IMG/VR virus record: IMGVR_UViG_3300042314_000891
Span: 21,799 to 85,798 of that record
Direction: 5' to 3' (one strand)
DNA: 64,000 nt
Source of the DNA: a virus
Taxonomy: Duplodnaviria > Caudoviricetes
The translations under genes were made by a program, and so were the position numbers. The stretch's first letter is position 1. Every line of letters begins with the position of its first letter. The notes beneath the pieces are model-generated. The model made no database searches, was not told the origin of the DNA, and saw nothing but the letters and a program-made list of their open reading frames with translations. This document shows, one piece after another, positions 10,541-21,611 of the stretch.

Positions 10541-12075
10541 TGGAAATAGTAATAGCTGGTGGTGGAACTGCAGGATGGTTGACTGCTTTATATGCACAAC
10601 ACATATGTCCAAAAGATAATATAACACTTATAGAAAGCGAAGATATTGGTATATTGGGCGCGGGAGAAGGTTCTACCCCACAACTACCTTGGATATTATT
10701 TGCATTGGGCATTAGTGAAAATGAGCTTATAAAGTATGCAAACGCAACTTTAAAAATGGGTATTAGTTTTGAAAATTGGAGGGGTGATGGTAAAAAGTAT
10801 ATGCATAGTTTTGGAATTTCCGATTCAAATTTAAGTCCTTATAATTTTACAAAAACAAAAAATACATTAGTAAGTGGTTTACCCGATAATGGACAGCAAT
10901 ATGCGTATATAAATGCTATTGCGAATGGTGAAACGATGGATGATATTAGTTTGGTTTCTAAACTTGCTTACAATAATAAATCACCATTTATCAATGAAAA
11001 CGGAAAAGTAAGTTTTGTTTCAAATTATAGTTACCATTTTGATGCAAGTTTATTGGCTAAATTTTTAAGAATGAAAGCCGAAGAGCGTGGTGTAAAAAGA
11101 ATTGAAGCCAAAATAACCGATATTATATCAAATGAAAATGGTGGAATTGGTTCAATAAAATGTGGTGATGTTGAAATAAAATCAGATTTTGTTTTTGATT
11201 GTACCGGATTTGCAAGATTATTTATTGGAAAACATTTTGGTGTAGAATGGAAATCGCATCAGGATAAATTAAAAGTAAATACTGCTATACCATTCTTTTT
11301 ACCAAAATCAGATACTCTACCACCATACACTAAAGCGGTAGCAATGAAATATGGTTGGATGTGGCAAATACCTTTACAGAATAGATGGGGTTGTGGATAT
11401 GTATTTGATGACAAATATATTAACGTAGAAGAAGCAAAGAAAGAGGTTGAAGAAATGGTAGGACAGGAAATAAAAATCAATAAAGTTATACCATTCGATG
11501 CTGGAAGATATGTTACATCTTGGGTTAAAAATTGTATAGCGGTTGGTTTAAGTTCAACATTTACCGAACCAATTGAAGCAACATCCATTTGGTTGATAAT
11601 AACACAATTGAGAAATCTAACATCTGATAATATACATAATATAGATGAAGATGAGATTGATGATTACAACAAACTAATAGGAGATACTTGCGAAACAATA
11701 ATTGATTTTTTACAATTCCATTATATTACGGATAGAAATGATACTGATTTTTGGAGAGATTACCAAAAAAGAACCACATTAAGTCCAAAAATGAAAAGAC
11801 GTTTAAATAGTTGGAAAAAAAGAACTGTAAACATTAATGATAGCGATTTTTTATTTACTCAATTTGAAGAACATAGTTGGTTTGCAGTTGCATATGGTAA
11901 TGGTGTAATTGATAAATCGGTGTATGAACGTGAAAATGAAGAATACGATTTAGATAATAAATTAGGAAATTGGTTTATAAAATATGATAATGATATAAAT
12001 TATGCAGAATCTCTAGCATATACACATGAAGAGTTAATTGAGTTAGTTAAATCAAATGATATTATCCTCAATTAA
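10540..12075 (+). CDS. Flavin-dependent tryptophan-halogenase family protein
   Basis: GGGTAG FAD motif, 'GEGSTP', WxWxIP ('GWMWQIP'), 'EPIEATSI'. Confidence 0.85.
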   Translation: MEIVIAGGGTAGWLTALYAQHICPKDNITLIESEDIGILGAGEGSTPQLPWILFALGISENELIKYANATLKMGISFENWRGDGKKYMHSFGISDSNLSPYNFTKTKNTLVSGLPDNGQQYAYINAIANGETMDDISLVSKLAYNNKSPFINENGKVSFVSNYSYHFDASLLAKFLRMKAEERGVKRIEAKITDIISNENGGIGSIKCGDVEIKSDFVFDCTGFARLFIGKHFGVEWKSHQDKLKVNTAIPFFLPKSDTLPPYTKAVAMKYGWMWQIPLQNRWGCGYVFDDKYINVEEAKKEVEEMVGQEIKINKVIPFDAGRYVTSWVKNCIAVGLSSTFTEPIEATSIWLIITQLRNLTSDNIHNIDEDEIDDYNKLIGDTCETIIDFLQFHYITDRNDTDFWRDYQKRTTLSPKMKRRLNSWKKRTVNINDSDFLFTQFEEHSWFAVAYGNGVIDKSVYERENEEYDLDNKLGNWFIKYDNDINYAESLAYTHEELIELVKSNDIILN

Positions 12076-12076
12076 A

Positions 12077-12108
12077 TTTGGAGATACGAAAAAATATTCG
12101 TATCTTTG
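12077..12108 (+). promoter_or_regulatory. Bacteroidota-type promoter
   Basis: TTTG-N20-TATCTTTG upstream of SSB. Confidence 0.75.
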
Positions 12109-12206
12109 TTTCAACATTTTAAGAATCCGATATTTATATGTGTAAGATTTATCGCGATAATCTTAAAATCTAAAATAAATAAAACTTAAAAACAAAAACG
12201 TACATT

Positions 12207-13067
12207 ATGGACATTAGTGCAATCAAGCAGCGTCTCAATTCGTTGCAAAACACATCCAAAAAGACAGATGCTTTATGGAAACCAAAACCAGGAAAATATG
12301 TATTACGCATAGTTCCTTATAAGTTCAACAAACAAAATCCTTTTATTGAACTTTTATTTCATTACAACATTAACAACAAAACTTATTTATCACCAGCTTC
12401 TTTTGGAAGACCTGACCCGATTTTAGAGTTTGCCGAAAAGTTAAAACGATTAGGTGATACTGAAAATTGGAAAGCAGGTAAGAAGATGGAGCCGAAATTG
12501 CGTACATTCGCACCTGTGGTTATTCGTGGACAAGAAAGCGAAGGAGTTAAGTTTTGGGGATTTGGTAAAACTGTATATCAAGAGATTCTTGCAATCATTG
12601 CAGACCCTGATTATGGTGATATTACCGATGAGAACGAAGGTCGTGATGTGGTAATCGAAATCGTAGAAGAAGCTGGTAAAACATATCCAGAGACTCGTAT
12701 CAGAGTAAAACCAAATGTAACAAAACTAACTGAAAACCCAGAGTTAGAAAACAAATTACTAAATGAGCAGACGGAAATTACTGACATTTATAGTGAGTTA
12801 TCTTACGCTGAATTGAAAGGTGTTTTAGAAAATTGGTTAAACCCAACTGCACAACATGAGGATGAAGAATCACCTGCACCATCGGTTGCATCTGAAACAT
12901 TAGCACCTAAACCACAATCGGTTCAGGAGCAAGTAGCACCTCAACCTGTTTCAGTACCTAAATCAACAGAGCCAATTACAGAGTTACCTTGGGATGTAGC
13001 AGAAGAAAAACCTGCTTCTACAAAGGTTGATGTAGCATCGGCATTTGAAGATTTATTCAATTCATAA
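12207..13067 (+). CDS. Single-stranded DNA-binding protein (T4 gp32-like)
   Basis: 'WKPKPG..LRIVP', 'GVKFWGFGKTVY', 'DYGDITD..GRD', acidic tail 'AFEDLFNS'. Confidence 0.8.
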   Translation: MDISAIKQRLNSLQNTSKKTDALWKPKPGKYVLRIVPYKFNKQNPFIELLFHYNINNKTYLSPASFGRPDPILEFAEKLKRLGDTENWKAGKKMEPKLRTFAPVVIRGQESEGVKFWGFGKTVYQEILAIIADPDYGDITDENEGRDVVIEIVEEAGKTYPETRIRVKPNVTKLTENPELENKLLNEQTEITDIYSELSYAELKGVLENWLNPTAQHEDEESPAPSVASETLAPKPQSVQEQVAPQPVSVPKSTEPITELPWDVAEEKPASTKVDVASAFEDLFNS

Positions 13068-13084
13068 AATAAAAAGGAGTTATA

Positions 13085-14212
13085 ATGGCAAAAGTTCAAG
13101 CAGATTTAGCACAACAAATTGCCGATAATCTAAATAAGAAATACAAAGACCAAAAGGTTGCTTTCTTTTTAGATGATGACTCGGAGGATGCACCCACCAA
13201 TATAACGGGGTGGGTGTCCTCTGGGGCAACTATGTTGGATGTTGCAGTTTCCAATAGACCATTTGGAGGTTTTCCAATTGGTAGAATTACGGAAATTACG
13301 GGATTAGAGCAGAGTGGTAAATCATTACTATCAGCACACGTGTTAGCGGAAACGCAAAAGCAAGGTGGTGTTGCAGTGTTGATTGATACCGAAACTGCGG
13401 TAAGTAGAGAGTTCTTTGATGCGATTGGTGTAGATGTATCTAAACTATTATATATTACGGCAGATACCGTAGAGGATATATTTGAAACAATTGATACAAT
13501 CATTGAGCAAGTAAGAAAAGGTGATAAAGATAAGTTAGTAACTATCGTAGTTGATTCAGTAGCAGCAGCATCTACAAAGAGAGAGCTGGAAGCTGATTAC
13601 GATAAGGATGGATACGCAACTGATAAGGCAATCATTATTTCAAAGGCAATGCGTAAAATCACAAATGTGATTGGTAGACAAAAGATTACATTAGTATTCA
13701 CAAACCAATTACGCCAAAAGATGAACGCAATGGCATTTTCAGACCCTTGGACTACATCGGGTGGTAAAGCAATTGCTTTCCACGCTTCGGTTCGGTTGCG
13801 ATTAGCATCAACCGGTAAAATCAAAGCAAAGGATGAAAAAGGTAATGAGAGAATTGTTGGTATCAAAGTAAGAGCCAACGTTATTAAGAATAGATTAGGA
13901 CCACCATTACGTTCAGCAGATTTTGATATTTTCTTTGATAGAGGTATTGACAACTATGGAGCATGGTTGGGAGCAATGAAAGATTATAACTTTGTTAAGC
14001 AAGGTGGAGCGTGGTACACATATGTTGATACTGAAACTGGTGAAGAATTTAAGTTCCAAGCCAAAGAGTTACAAGAAATATTGGAAAACAACCCATCTGT
14101 AAAAGAACAAATCTATAAACGAATTTGTGAATTTACTATTCTACAATACAAAAAGGATTCATTAGATACTGATAATCTGGTAGTAGATGCGAGTGTATTA
14201 AGTGATGAATAA
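13085..14212 (+). CDS. recA: RecA/UvsX recombinase
   Basis: Walker A 'GLEQSGKS', 'VVDSVAA', 'FTNQLR', 'TSGGKAIAFHASVRL'. Confidence 0.92.
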   Translation: MAKVQADLAQQIADNLNKKYKDQKVAFFLDDDSEDAPTNITGWVSSGATMLDVAVSNRPFGGFPIGRITEITGLEQSGKSLLSAHVLAETQKQGGVAVLIDTETAVSREFFDAIGVDVSKLLYITADTVEDIFETIDTIIEQVRKGDKDKLVTIVVDSVAAASTKRELEADYDKDGYATDKAIIISKAMRKITNVIGRQKITLVFTNQLRQKMNAMAFSDPWTTSGGKAIAFHASVRLRLASTGKIKAKDEKGNERIVGIKVRANVIKNRLGPPLRSADFDIFFDRGIDNYGAWLGAMKDYNFVKQGGAWYTYVDTETGEEFKFQAKELQEILENNPSVKEQIYKRICEFTILQYKKDSLDTDNLVVDASVLSDE

Positions 14213-14220
14213 ACAAACAT

Positions 14221-15276
14221 ATGAACGAGTTATATAAAAGGTTATTAGATGAGGTTAGCGATGAGCATACAAAAGTAAAAAAACAATCCTTAAACTCAAA
14301 AGTTCTATTAGTAGATGGATTAAATACTTTTATCAGAGCATGGACGGTAAATCCCACAATGGATGATAATGGTGACCACATCGGTGGTATCACTGGATTC
14401 CTAAAGAGTATAGGTTACGCAATCAGAGAATACAAAGCAACTCGTTGTATCATTGTATTTGATGGTAAAGGTGGTTCGGATAGCCGTAAAAAGATATTTA
14501 GTGGATACAAAGCTGATAGAGGTAAAAGCCGTTTTAGAGTAAATCGTCAATATGAAGATATGATGTCCAAGGAAGATGAGAGTGTTTCTATGAAACGCCA
14601 GATGATTGGCTTAATAGAACTGCTTGAATATCTTCCTGTGGATATTATGTTGTTTGATAATATAGAAGCAGATGATGTGATTGGATATATTGCATCACAA
14701 TTAGTTACAGAAGATGAAGGAGCGATAGTAATGTCATCCGATAAAGATTTTTTACAATTAGTTAAATCAAATGTTGAAGTTTACTCGCCAAGCAAAAAGA
14801 AATTATATACGGAGCAAAAGGTTGTTGAGGAGTTTGGCATCCATCCCAACAATTTTATGGTATATCGCTGTCTTGATGGTGACACCTCTGATAATATCAA
14901 TGGTATTAGTGGGTGTGGTCTTAAAACAATTATTAAGAGATTTCCGGAAGTGGTGGAATCGGAAAGAGTAGAGTTTGATAAACTATACGAATTATGCGAA
15001 GAACGTGGAGCCGGAAAAGGACCTAAAATCTACAAAGATATTTTAGACGGAAAACCAATTGTAGAAAGAAATTTCAGATTGATGCAATTAGAAAACCCTG
15101 AAATATCATCTAATACAAGAATGAAGATTAACGCCAAATATAAGGAAAATGTATCTAAATTAGATAAATTATCTTTTATTAAAAAGGCAATGAGTATAAA
15201 AGTTATTGATGCACTTGGAGATGTGAATAGCTGGGTGGTAAAAACTTTTGCAACAATAAACAAATATAGTAAATAA
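14221..15276 (+). CDS. 5'-3' flap exonuclease (T4 RNase H-like)
   Basis: 'LLVDGLN', 'YKADR', 'EADDVIG', 'SSDKDFLQL', 'GDTSDNINGISGCGLKT'. Confidence 0.9.
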   Translation: MNELYKRLLDEVSDEHTKVKKQSLNSKVLLVDGLNTFIRAWTVNPTMDDNGDHIGGITGFLKSIGYAIREYKATRCIIVFDGKGGSDSRKKIFSGYKADRGKSRFRVNRQYEDMMSKEDESVSMKRQMIGLIELLEYLPVDIMLFDNIEADDVIGYIASQLVTEDEGAIVMSSDKDFLQLVKSNVEVYSPSKKKLYTEQKVVEEFGIHPNNFMVYRCLDGDTSDNINGISGCGLKTIIKRFPEVVESERVEFDKLYELCEERGAGKGPKIYKDILDGKPIVERNFRLMQLENPEISSNTRMKINAKYKENVSKLDKLSFIKKAMSIKVIDALGDVNSWVVKTFATINKYSK

Positions 15277-15300
15277 CAATTAAACACGGAGATAAAATCT

Positions 15301-15513
15301 ATGAAGTGCATTAAAAGTAAAGAAGGAGAAATCCGAAGAGTAGTAGAAACGGAAGCTGACCAAAAGGTAGCAAATTACGGATGGGTGTTCGTTCCCAAAT
15401 CAGAGTGGAAAGCCCTACGTCCAAAGAAAGAGGACAAACCAAAAGTTGAAGTAGACGCAAATTTATCAATTGAAGAAAAAAGATTAGCTAGAAAGAAGAA
15501 GGATAAAAAATAA
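15301..15513 (+). CDS. Small basic hypothetical protein
   Basis: 70-aa ORF translationally coupled to the helicase (TAATG). Confidence 0.6.
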   Translation: MKCIKSKEGEIRRVVETEADQKVANYGWVFVPKSEWKALRPKKEDKPKVEVDANLSIEEKRLARKKKDKK

Positions 15514-16880
15514 TGGAAGCAATAGATAATCTACAAAAGTTCGGACAATCGTACCAAGCTAAAGTAGTTGCATCATTATTGGAATCCCAACCTTTCTTAA
15601 ATCAAGTTTCAGATATAACCAAAAAAGATTTTTTTGAAACAGAAGCAGATAGATGGATAGTTGGAGAAATTGTATCCTATAATCAAACAAGTAATGCTGC
15701 ACCTACATTGGATGTATTCAAAGTTAAATTGAGTACAATAGAAACAGATGCGCAGAAGAAAATGATTGTAGATAGATTACAACAAATCTACGATTTATTT
15801 GGTTCACCTGATGCTGATTTTGTTAAGAAAGAATATCTACAATTTTGTAAAAGACAAAAACTTAAATCTGCAATTTTCCAATCCGTAGACTTATTACAAA
15901 GTGGTAAGTACGATGAAGTAGGAACAATCATTCAGGATGCATTAAGAGCTGGTTTAGAAAACAATTTAGGACACGATTACTTTTTAGATATTCTATATCG
16001 TTTAGAAGATGTAAAGAGAAATTCCGTACCTACCGGTTGGAAACCAATCAATGAGTTAATGGATGGTGGTTTAGGACCTGGTGAGTTAGGTGTTGTAGTA
16101 GCACCATCGGGTATTGGTAAAACTTGGTTGTTATGTAAGTTGGGTGCAGATGCAGTAGCAATGGGTTTTAATGTTTTGCATTATAGTTTGGAGTTAAGTG
16201 AGAACTATGTGGGGTGTAGATACGATACAATCTATACAGGTATTCCTTTAGCTGATTTAAAGAACAACAAAGAGGAAATCCAACGTAAGTTGAAAAACTA
16301 TACATCTCGTTTGATGATTAAAAATTATCCAAACAGAGGTGCGAGTGTTAAAACTATGAAGGCACATATAGATAAGTTGAGAGCAACTGGTTTTATCCCA
16401 CATCTTATCATTGTTGATTATGCGGATTTACTTAAACCTGTAAACAAACGTGATGGTTTATATGCAGAATTAGGTGGAGTGTATGAGGAACTGCGTGGTA
16501 TGGGTGGTGAAGTTGGTGTTCCAATTTGGACAGCATCACAAACCAATAGAGGTGCATTAGAAGATGAAGTAATCCACGCAGATTCAATTGCAGATAGTTA
16601 CGCTAAAGTAATGACAGCCGATTTTATTATGAGTGTATCTCGTAAGGATAAAGATAAGTTGGCAAATACTGCAAGGGTTCACGTGATGAAAAACAGATTT
16701 GGACCAGATGGTTTAACGTTCCCAACAAAGATGGATACGATGAAAGGTGAGATAGAAATATACGATGCTCAATCATCAAATGGTATTATGGCAACCAAAG
16801 AAAGTAATAACGGAGTTCAGATTGAAAAGAAATTATTACACAAAAAGTACTTGGAAACGATGCCAACTGATATGGGATAA
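15513..16880 (+). CDS. Replicative DnaB-like helicase (T4 gp41-like)
   Basis: Walker A 'APSGIGKT', 'IIVDYADLL', 'WTASQTNR', 'KNRFGPDG'. Confidence 0.9.
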   Translation: MEAIDNLQKFGQSYQAKVVASLLESQPFLNQVSDITKKDFFETEADRWIVGEIVSYNQTSNAAPTLDVFKVKLSTIETDAQKKMIVDRLQQIYDLFGSPDADFVKKEYLQFCKRQKLKSAIFQSVDLLQSGKYDEVGTIIQDALRAGLENNLGHDYFLDILYRLEDVKRNSVPTGWKPINELMDGGLGPGELGVVVAPSGIGKTWLLCKLGADAVAMGFNVLHYSLELSENYVGCRYDTIYTGIPLADLKNNKEEIQRKLKNYTSRLMIKNYPNRGASVKTMKAHIDKLRATGFIPHLIIVDYADLLKPVNKRDGLYAELGGVYEELRGMGGEVGVPIWTASQTNRGALEDEVIHADSIADSYAKVMTADFIMSVSRKDKDKLANTARVHVMKNRFGPDGLTFPTKMDTMKGEIEIYDAQSSNGIMATKESNNGVQIEKKLLHKKYLETMPTDMG

Positions 16881-16991
16881 TATCCTAAAATACTACCACA
16901 CTTACATAGAAAAATCCTATGAAAAGTTGGGTTGAAAAGGGGATATATACAATACTTATCTATACCTAAAATTAAAATTGGATAAAAAACT

Positions 16992-18005
16992 ATGAGCAAA
17001 TTATTTACAGAAAGGGTAGCATATAAACCATTTGAATACCCTGTTTATTATACGGAAGGTTGGTTACTACAAGCTCAAGCGTTTTGGTTACATACGGAAA
17101 TACCGATGCAAGGTGATGTTAAAGATTGGAACGAAAATCTATCACCTGCTGAAAAGAATTTAGTTGGAAATATTCTTTTGGGCTTTGCTCAAACAGAATG
17201 TGCGGTTTCCGATTATTGGACAGGGATGGTTACTAAATGGTTTCCAAAGCATGAAATAAGACAAATGGCTATGTTGTTTGGTTCACAAGAAACAATCCAC
17301 GCAGTAGCATATTCTTACTTAAATGAAACATTGGGGTTAGATGATTTTGAAGGATTCTTACACGATGATGCAATGAGAGCAAGATTTGAGATGCTAACAC
17401 AAACTACGGCAGATTGGACACCAGAAGACATAAGAACAAACTCAATTGCAAGAAAAGAGGTAGCACGTTCATTAGCAATCTTTTCAGCATTTGCAGAAGG
17501 TGTAGCACTATACTCTTCATTTGCAGTTCTATATTCTTTCCAAATGAGAAATCTATTGAAAGGAATTGGACAACAAATGAAGTGGAGTGTAAGAGATGAA
17601 TCACTACATTCTAAAATGGGTTGTCAATTATTCAGACATATGTGTGATGAGTATCCTGAATTGTTAGAAGAAGCAAAATCTTCTATATATGAAGCAGCAC
17701 ATATAATGCAAGGTTTGGAACATAAGTATATTGATAAGATATTTGAAAGAGGTGATTTAGAAAATCTTAAAAAAGATGATTTAAAACACTTCATTACAAA
17801 ACGAATCAATGAAAAGTTAGGAGAATTAGGTTACAATCCATTCGTAGGTGGAGATGATTATTTTCAATACAATGAAAAGAAAGCAAGTGAATTAGATTGG
17901 TTCTACCATCTTACAGGTGGAGTAACACATACTGATTTCTTTGCAATGAGACCAACGGATTATTCAAAAGCAGGTGAAGGGGAAGATTGGGGAGATATAT
18001 TTTAA
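16992..18005 (+). CDS. nrdB: Ribonucleotide reductase class I beta subunit
   Basis: 'QETIHAVAYS', 'AEGVALYSSF', 'RDESLH' metal ligands. Confidence 0.93.
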   Translation: MSKLFTERVAYKPFEYPVYYTEGWLLQAQAFWLHTEIPMQGDVKDWNENLSPAEKNLVGNILLGFAQTECAVSDYWTGMVTKWFPKHEIRQMAMLFGSQETIHAVAYSYLNETLGLDDFEGFLHDDAMRARFEMLTQTTADWTPEDIRTNSIARKEVARSLAIFSAFAEGVALYSSFAVLYSFQMRNLLKGIGQQMKWSVRDESLHSKMGCQLFRHMCDEYPELLEEAKSSIYEAAHIMQGLEHKYIDKIFERGDLENLKKDDLKHFITKRINEKLGELGYNPFVGGDDYFQYNEKKASELDWFYHLTGGVTHTDFFAMRPTDYSKAGEGEDWGDIF

Positions 18006-18012
18006 TTAAATT

Positions 18013-19794
18013 ATGAGAAATTACGGAGAAGAATTTGGTTGGGAAGTTGATGTAGACTTCCCACAATGGGGAAATAATGAGATATATGTAAAGACTATAT
18101 CTAAAGGTTACTTACAAGATGGTGAAAAACCAAAGGATGCGTATTGGCGTGTATCTACAAAGGTAGCACAACGATTGGGTAAACCTCAATTGGCTACAAA
18201 GTTTTTTGATTACATTTGGAAAGGGTGGTTATGTTTAGCAACACCCGTATTATCGAACACGGGTACAGATAGGGGATTACCAATTTCATGCTTTGGTATT
18301 GATGTAGGTGATAGTATCTATGAGATTGGTTCAAAGAATTTAGAACTAATGTTGTTAGCAAAGCATGGTGGTGGTGTTGGTATTGGTATAAACCAAATCA
18401 GACCAGCTGGTGCAAAGATTACTGGTAATGGTACATCGGATGGTGTAGTTCCATTCTGTAAAATTTATGATTCAACTATACTTGCTACAAATCAAGGTTC
18501 AGTTCGTAGAGGCGCAGCTTCGGTAAATATGAACATTGAGCATAAAGATTTTGAGGATTGGTTGGAGATTAGAGAACCAAAGGGCGATGTGAATCGTCAA
18601 TCATTAAATATGCACCAATGTGCAGTAGTGGGTGATAAGTTTATGCGTAAGTTGCAGGATGGTGAAACCGAAGCTCGTAGAAAATGGGGTAAGTTATTAC
18701 AAAAAAGAAAAGCAACGGGTGAACCATATATTATGTATAAGGGTAATGTAAACAAACAAAACCCAGAAGCATATAAAAAGAATGGTTTGAAGGTGTATAT
18801 GACAAACATTTGTAGTGAGATTGTATTACATACTGACGAATCCCATTCATTCGTATGTTGCCTTTCATCACTCAATCTTGCTAAATACGATGAGTGGAAA
18901 AATACTGATTTAGTATATACTGCTACTATGTTTTTAGATGGTGTATTAGAAGAGTTTATACAAAGAGCTAAAGGTTTAGTTGGATTTGATAATTCAGTTC
19001 GTTCAGCAGTAAAAGGAAGAGCATTAGGGTTGGGTGTATTAGGGTGGCATACATACCTACAACAAAAGGGTATTCCATTTGAAGGTTTGCCAGCACAATT
19101 TGAAACTCGTAAGATTTTCTCTCAAATGAAAATTGAGAGTGAAAGAGCAAGTAGAGATATGGGAGCAGAGTATGGTGAGCCATTGTGGTGTAGAGATACT
19201 GGTTTCCGTAATACACATTTGAGAGCAGTGGCACCAACAGTATCAAACTCTAAATTGAGTGGTAATGTTAGTAGTGGTATTGAACCTTGGGCAGCAAATG
19301 TATTTACAGAGCAGACATCAAAAGGAACATTCATTCGTAAGAACCCAGAGTTAGAAAGAGTGTTAAGAAAGATGACCAAAAACACCAAAGAGGTATGGGA
19401 TAAAATCCTTGCAGATGGTGGCTCTGTACAAGATTTAGATTTCTTGGATGAGTGGTGTTTCTTTGAAGGTAAATTAGTTCAATGTAACGAAGTAACTACT
19501 GAAGACCATATGCATAAATGTAGTTCAGTTAAAGATGTATTTAAAACATTTAAGGAAATAAACCAATTAGATTTAGTAAAGCAAGCTGGTGTTAGACAAC
19601 AATATATAGACCAGGCTGTTTCTCTTAATTTAGCATTCCCTGCAACCGCAGAACCAAAGTGGATTAATCAGGTTACTATGGAAGCATGGAAAGAGGGTGT
19701 AAAAACTCTATACTATATGAGAACAGAATCAGTATTAAGAGGAGATATTGCGGCAAGAGCAATGGACCCTGATTGTGTTTCGTGTGAAGGATAA
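18013..19794 (+). CDS. nrdA: Ribonucleotide reductase class I alpha subunit
   Basis: 'TNICSEI', 'VAPTVSNS', 'KTLYYMR', C-terminal 'CVSCEG'. Confidence 0.93.
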   Translation: MRNYGEEFGWEVDVDFPQWGNNEIYVKTISKGYLQDGEKPKDAYWRVSTKVAQRLGKPQLATKFFDYIWKGWLCLATPVLSNTGTDRGLPISCFGIDVGDSIYEIGSKNLELMLLAKHGGGVGIGINQIRPAGAKITGNGTSDGVVPFCKIYDSTILATNQGSVRRGAASVNMNIEHKDFEDWLEIREPKGDVNRQSLNMHQCAVVGDKFMRKLQDGETEARRKWGKLLQKRKATGEPYIMYKGNVNKQNPEAYKKNGLKVYMTNICSEIVLHTDESHSFVCCLSSLNLAKYDEWKNTDLVYTATMFLDGVLEEFIQRAKGLVGFDNSVRSAVKGRALGLGVLGWHTYLQQKGIPFEGLPAQFETRKIFSQMKIESERASRDMGAEYGEPLWCRDTGFRNTHLRAVAPTVSNSKLSGNVSSGIEPWAANVFTEQTSKGTFIRKNPELERVLRKMTKNTKEVWDKILADGGSVQDLDFLDEWCFFEGKLVQCNEVTTEDHMHKCSSVKDVFKTFKEINQLDLVKQAGVRQQYIDQAVSLNLAFPATAEPKWINQVTMEAWKEGVKTLYYMRTESVLRGDIAARAMDPDCVSCEG

Positions 19795-19810
19795 ACTAAA
19801 CAATAATGTT

Positions 19811-20539
19811 ATGGGTGAGAATGTATCAAATAAAAACAAAGAATTGACCGAAAAGATAAAAGAAGAAATTATTGAGAAGCCGAAAGGACCAATTAAATTT
19901 CAAATTCAACTTAACGAAGAACAAAAAGAAGCAAAGGAAAAAATCCTAAATAACGCAATTACAATATTAAGTGGTAAAGCAGGTAGTGGTAAAACACTAC
20001 TTGCCTGCCAAGTAGCATTGGATATGTTATTTAAAAAGACGGTTCACAAAATCATCATCACTCGCCCAACGGTAAGTAAAGAAGAGATTGGTTTCTTACC
20101 TGGTGATTTGAGAGAGAAAATGGAACCTTGGATGCAACCTGTTTATTCTAATTTTTATCAACTATATAATAAAGAAAAGATTGATAAGATTTTAGAAAAC
20201 GGACAAGTGGAAATTGTACCTTTGGCATTTATGAGAGGTAGAACATTTTTGGATTCATTTATTATTGTAGATGAAGCACAGAATTGTACAAACGACCAGA
20301 TGGAAATGATTACATCTCGTTTGGGATTAAGAAGTAAAATGGTTGTTTGTGGTGATTCACAACAAGTAGATTTAAAGTATAAAGGAGAAAGTGGATTTAA
20401 GTTTTTAGTAACTGCAGCAAAAAAGATTAAAGATATGGATTCACAAACTCTATTAACAAATCACAGACATCCAGTAGTAGATGCATTATTGGATGCATAT
20501 GATGAATTTAAAGAAAAACAAAATAAAGAAGGAAGATAA
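19811..20539 (+). CDS. phoH: PhoH-family ATPase
   Basis: 'GKAGSGKT', 'IGFLPGDLREKMEPW', 'FMRGRTF', 'DEAQN', 'GDSQQVDL'. Confidence 0.92.
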   Translation: MGENVSNKNKELTEKIKEEIIEKPKGPIKFQIQLNEEQKEAKEKILNNAITILSGKAGSGKTLLACQVALDMLFKKTVHKIIITRPTVSKEEIGFLPGDLREKMEPWMQPVYSNFYQLYNKEKIDKILENGQVEIVPLAFMRGRTFLDSFIIVDEAQNCTNDQMEMITSRLGLRSKMVVCGDSQQVDLKYKGESGFKFLVTAAKKIKDMDSQTLLTNHRHPVVDALLDAYDEFKEKQNKEGR

Positions 20540-20541
20540 AA

Positions 20542-20802
20542 ATGATTAGTGTAAAGAAATTTTCAGCTAGCTGGTGTGGACCATGCAAAACTCTAAAACC
20601 AATTTTTGAAGAAGTTAAACAATCCGTTAGTGGTGTTAAGTTTGAAGAATATGATGTAGATGAAGCATTTGAATTAGCAACTAAATATAATATCCGTTCA
20701 GTTCCTACTGTAATTATTGAAAAAGATGGTAAGGAAGTACAAAGATTCGCTGGTGTATCTTCAAAAGTTGCATATGTAAACGCTATAAACGAAAGTTTGT
20801 AG
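20542..20802 (+). CDS. Thioredoxin
   Basis: WCGPC active site. Confidence 0.92.
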   Translation: MISVKKFSASWCGPCKTLKPIFEEVKQSVSGVKFEEYDVDEAFELATKYNIRSVPTVIIEKDGKEVQRFAGVSSKVAYVNAINESL

Positions 20803-20846
20803 TAAAAAATTAGGTTATATAAAAAAGTTTTATTATCTTTGTAACT

Positions 20847-21611
20847 ATGAAAGTAGAAGGTAAGGAGTATTGTAATACATCCAAACTCATAGTTAGACCT
20901 GTGAACAAATCCGTTGCAAAGGATATTATTGTAAATAACCATTATAGTGGTATATGGACAAAGGTATCCTATGCATTGGGTTTGTTTTATCAATCAGAGG
21001 ATGAGCATCAATTTTTTAGTGGAGTAAATGAAAAGCTAATAGGTGTAGCTTGTTATGGTGACCCTATTGGTAGAAATACCGGAGCATCTATTTCCGATAT
21101 GTTGGATAGAGATACAGTATTAGAATTGACTCGTTTATTTGTATTTGATGGATATGGTTCTAATATAGAGAGTTGGTTTGTAGCACAAACATTTCAATGG
21201 TTACGAGATAATACACCAAAGATTAGAGCACTAATTTCATATTCAGACCCAAAGGTTGGACACAAAGGAACTATTTACCAAGCTACTAATTGGATTTATC
21301 AAGGTAACAAAATTAGGTGGAGTGATAGTTGGAGTTTTAAGTGGAGTGAAATAGATGAGTGGCAACATGGTAGAACTATATTTCCATATTATGGTACTAA
21401 TGACCCAAAGAAAATACAAACAATGGTAACATCGCCATTTTGGATTAAACGAGAACCGCAAAAACATCGTTATGTGTATTTCCTAACTAAAGATAAAAAG
21501 GTTAGAAAGCAATTAATTAAATCCTTAAAGCATGAAACTTTCCCATATCCAAAAGAAAGTGAAGAGCATGTTGATGAAATATATAAATTAGAACCAATTG
21601 AAAGAAGCTAA
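20847..21611 (+). CDS. Mom-like DNA adenine-modification protein (GNAT fold), copy 1
   Basis: 'NHY', 'LELTRL', 'LISYSDPKVGHKGTIYQATNWIYQG', 'KHRYVY'. Confidence 0.75.
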   Translation: MKVEGKEYCNTSKLIVRPVNKSVAKDIIVNNHYSGIWTKVSYALGLFYQSEDEHQFFSGVNEKLIGVACYGDPIGRNTGASISDMLDRDTVLELTRLFVFDGYGSNIESWFVAQTFQWLRDNTPKIRALISYSDPKVGHKGTIYQATNWIYQGNKIRWSDSWSFKWSEIDEWQHGRTIFPYYGTNDPKKIQTMVTSPFWIKREPQKHRYVYFLTKDKKVRKQLIKSLKHETFPYPKESEEHVDEIYKLEPIERS

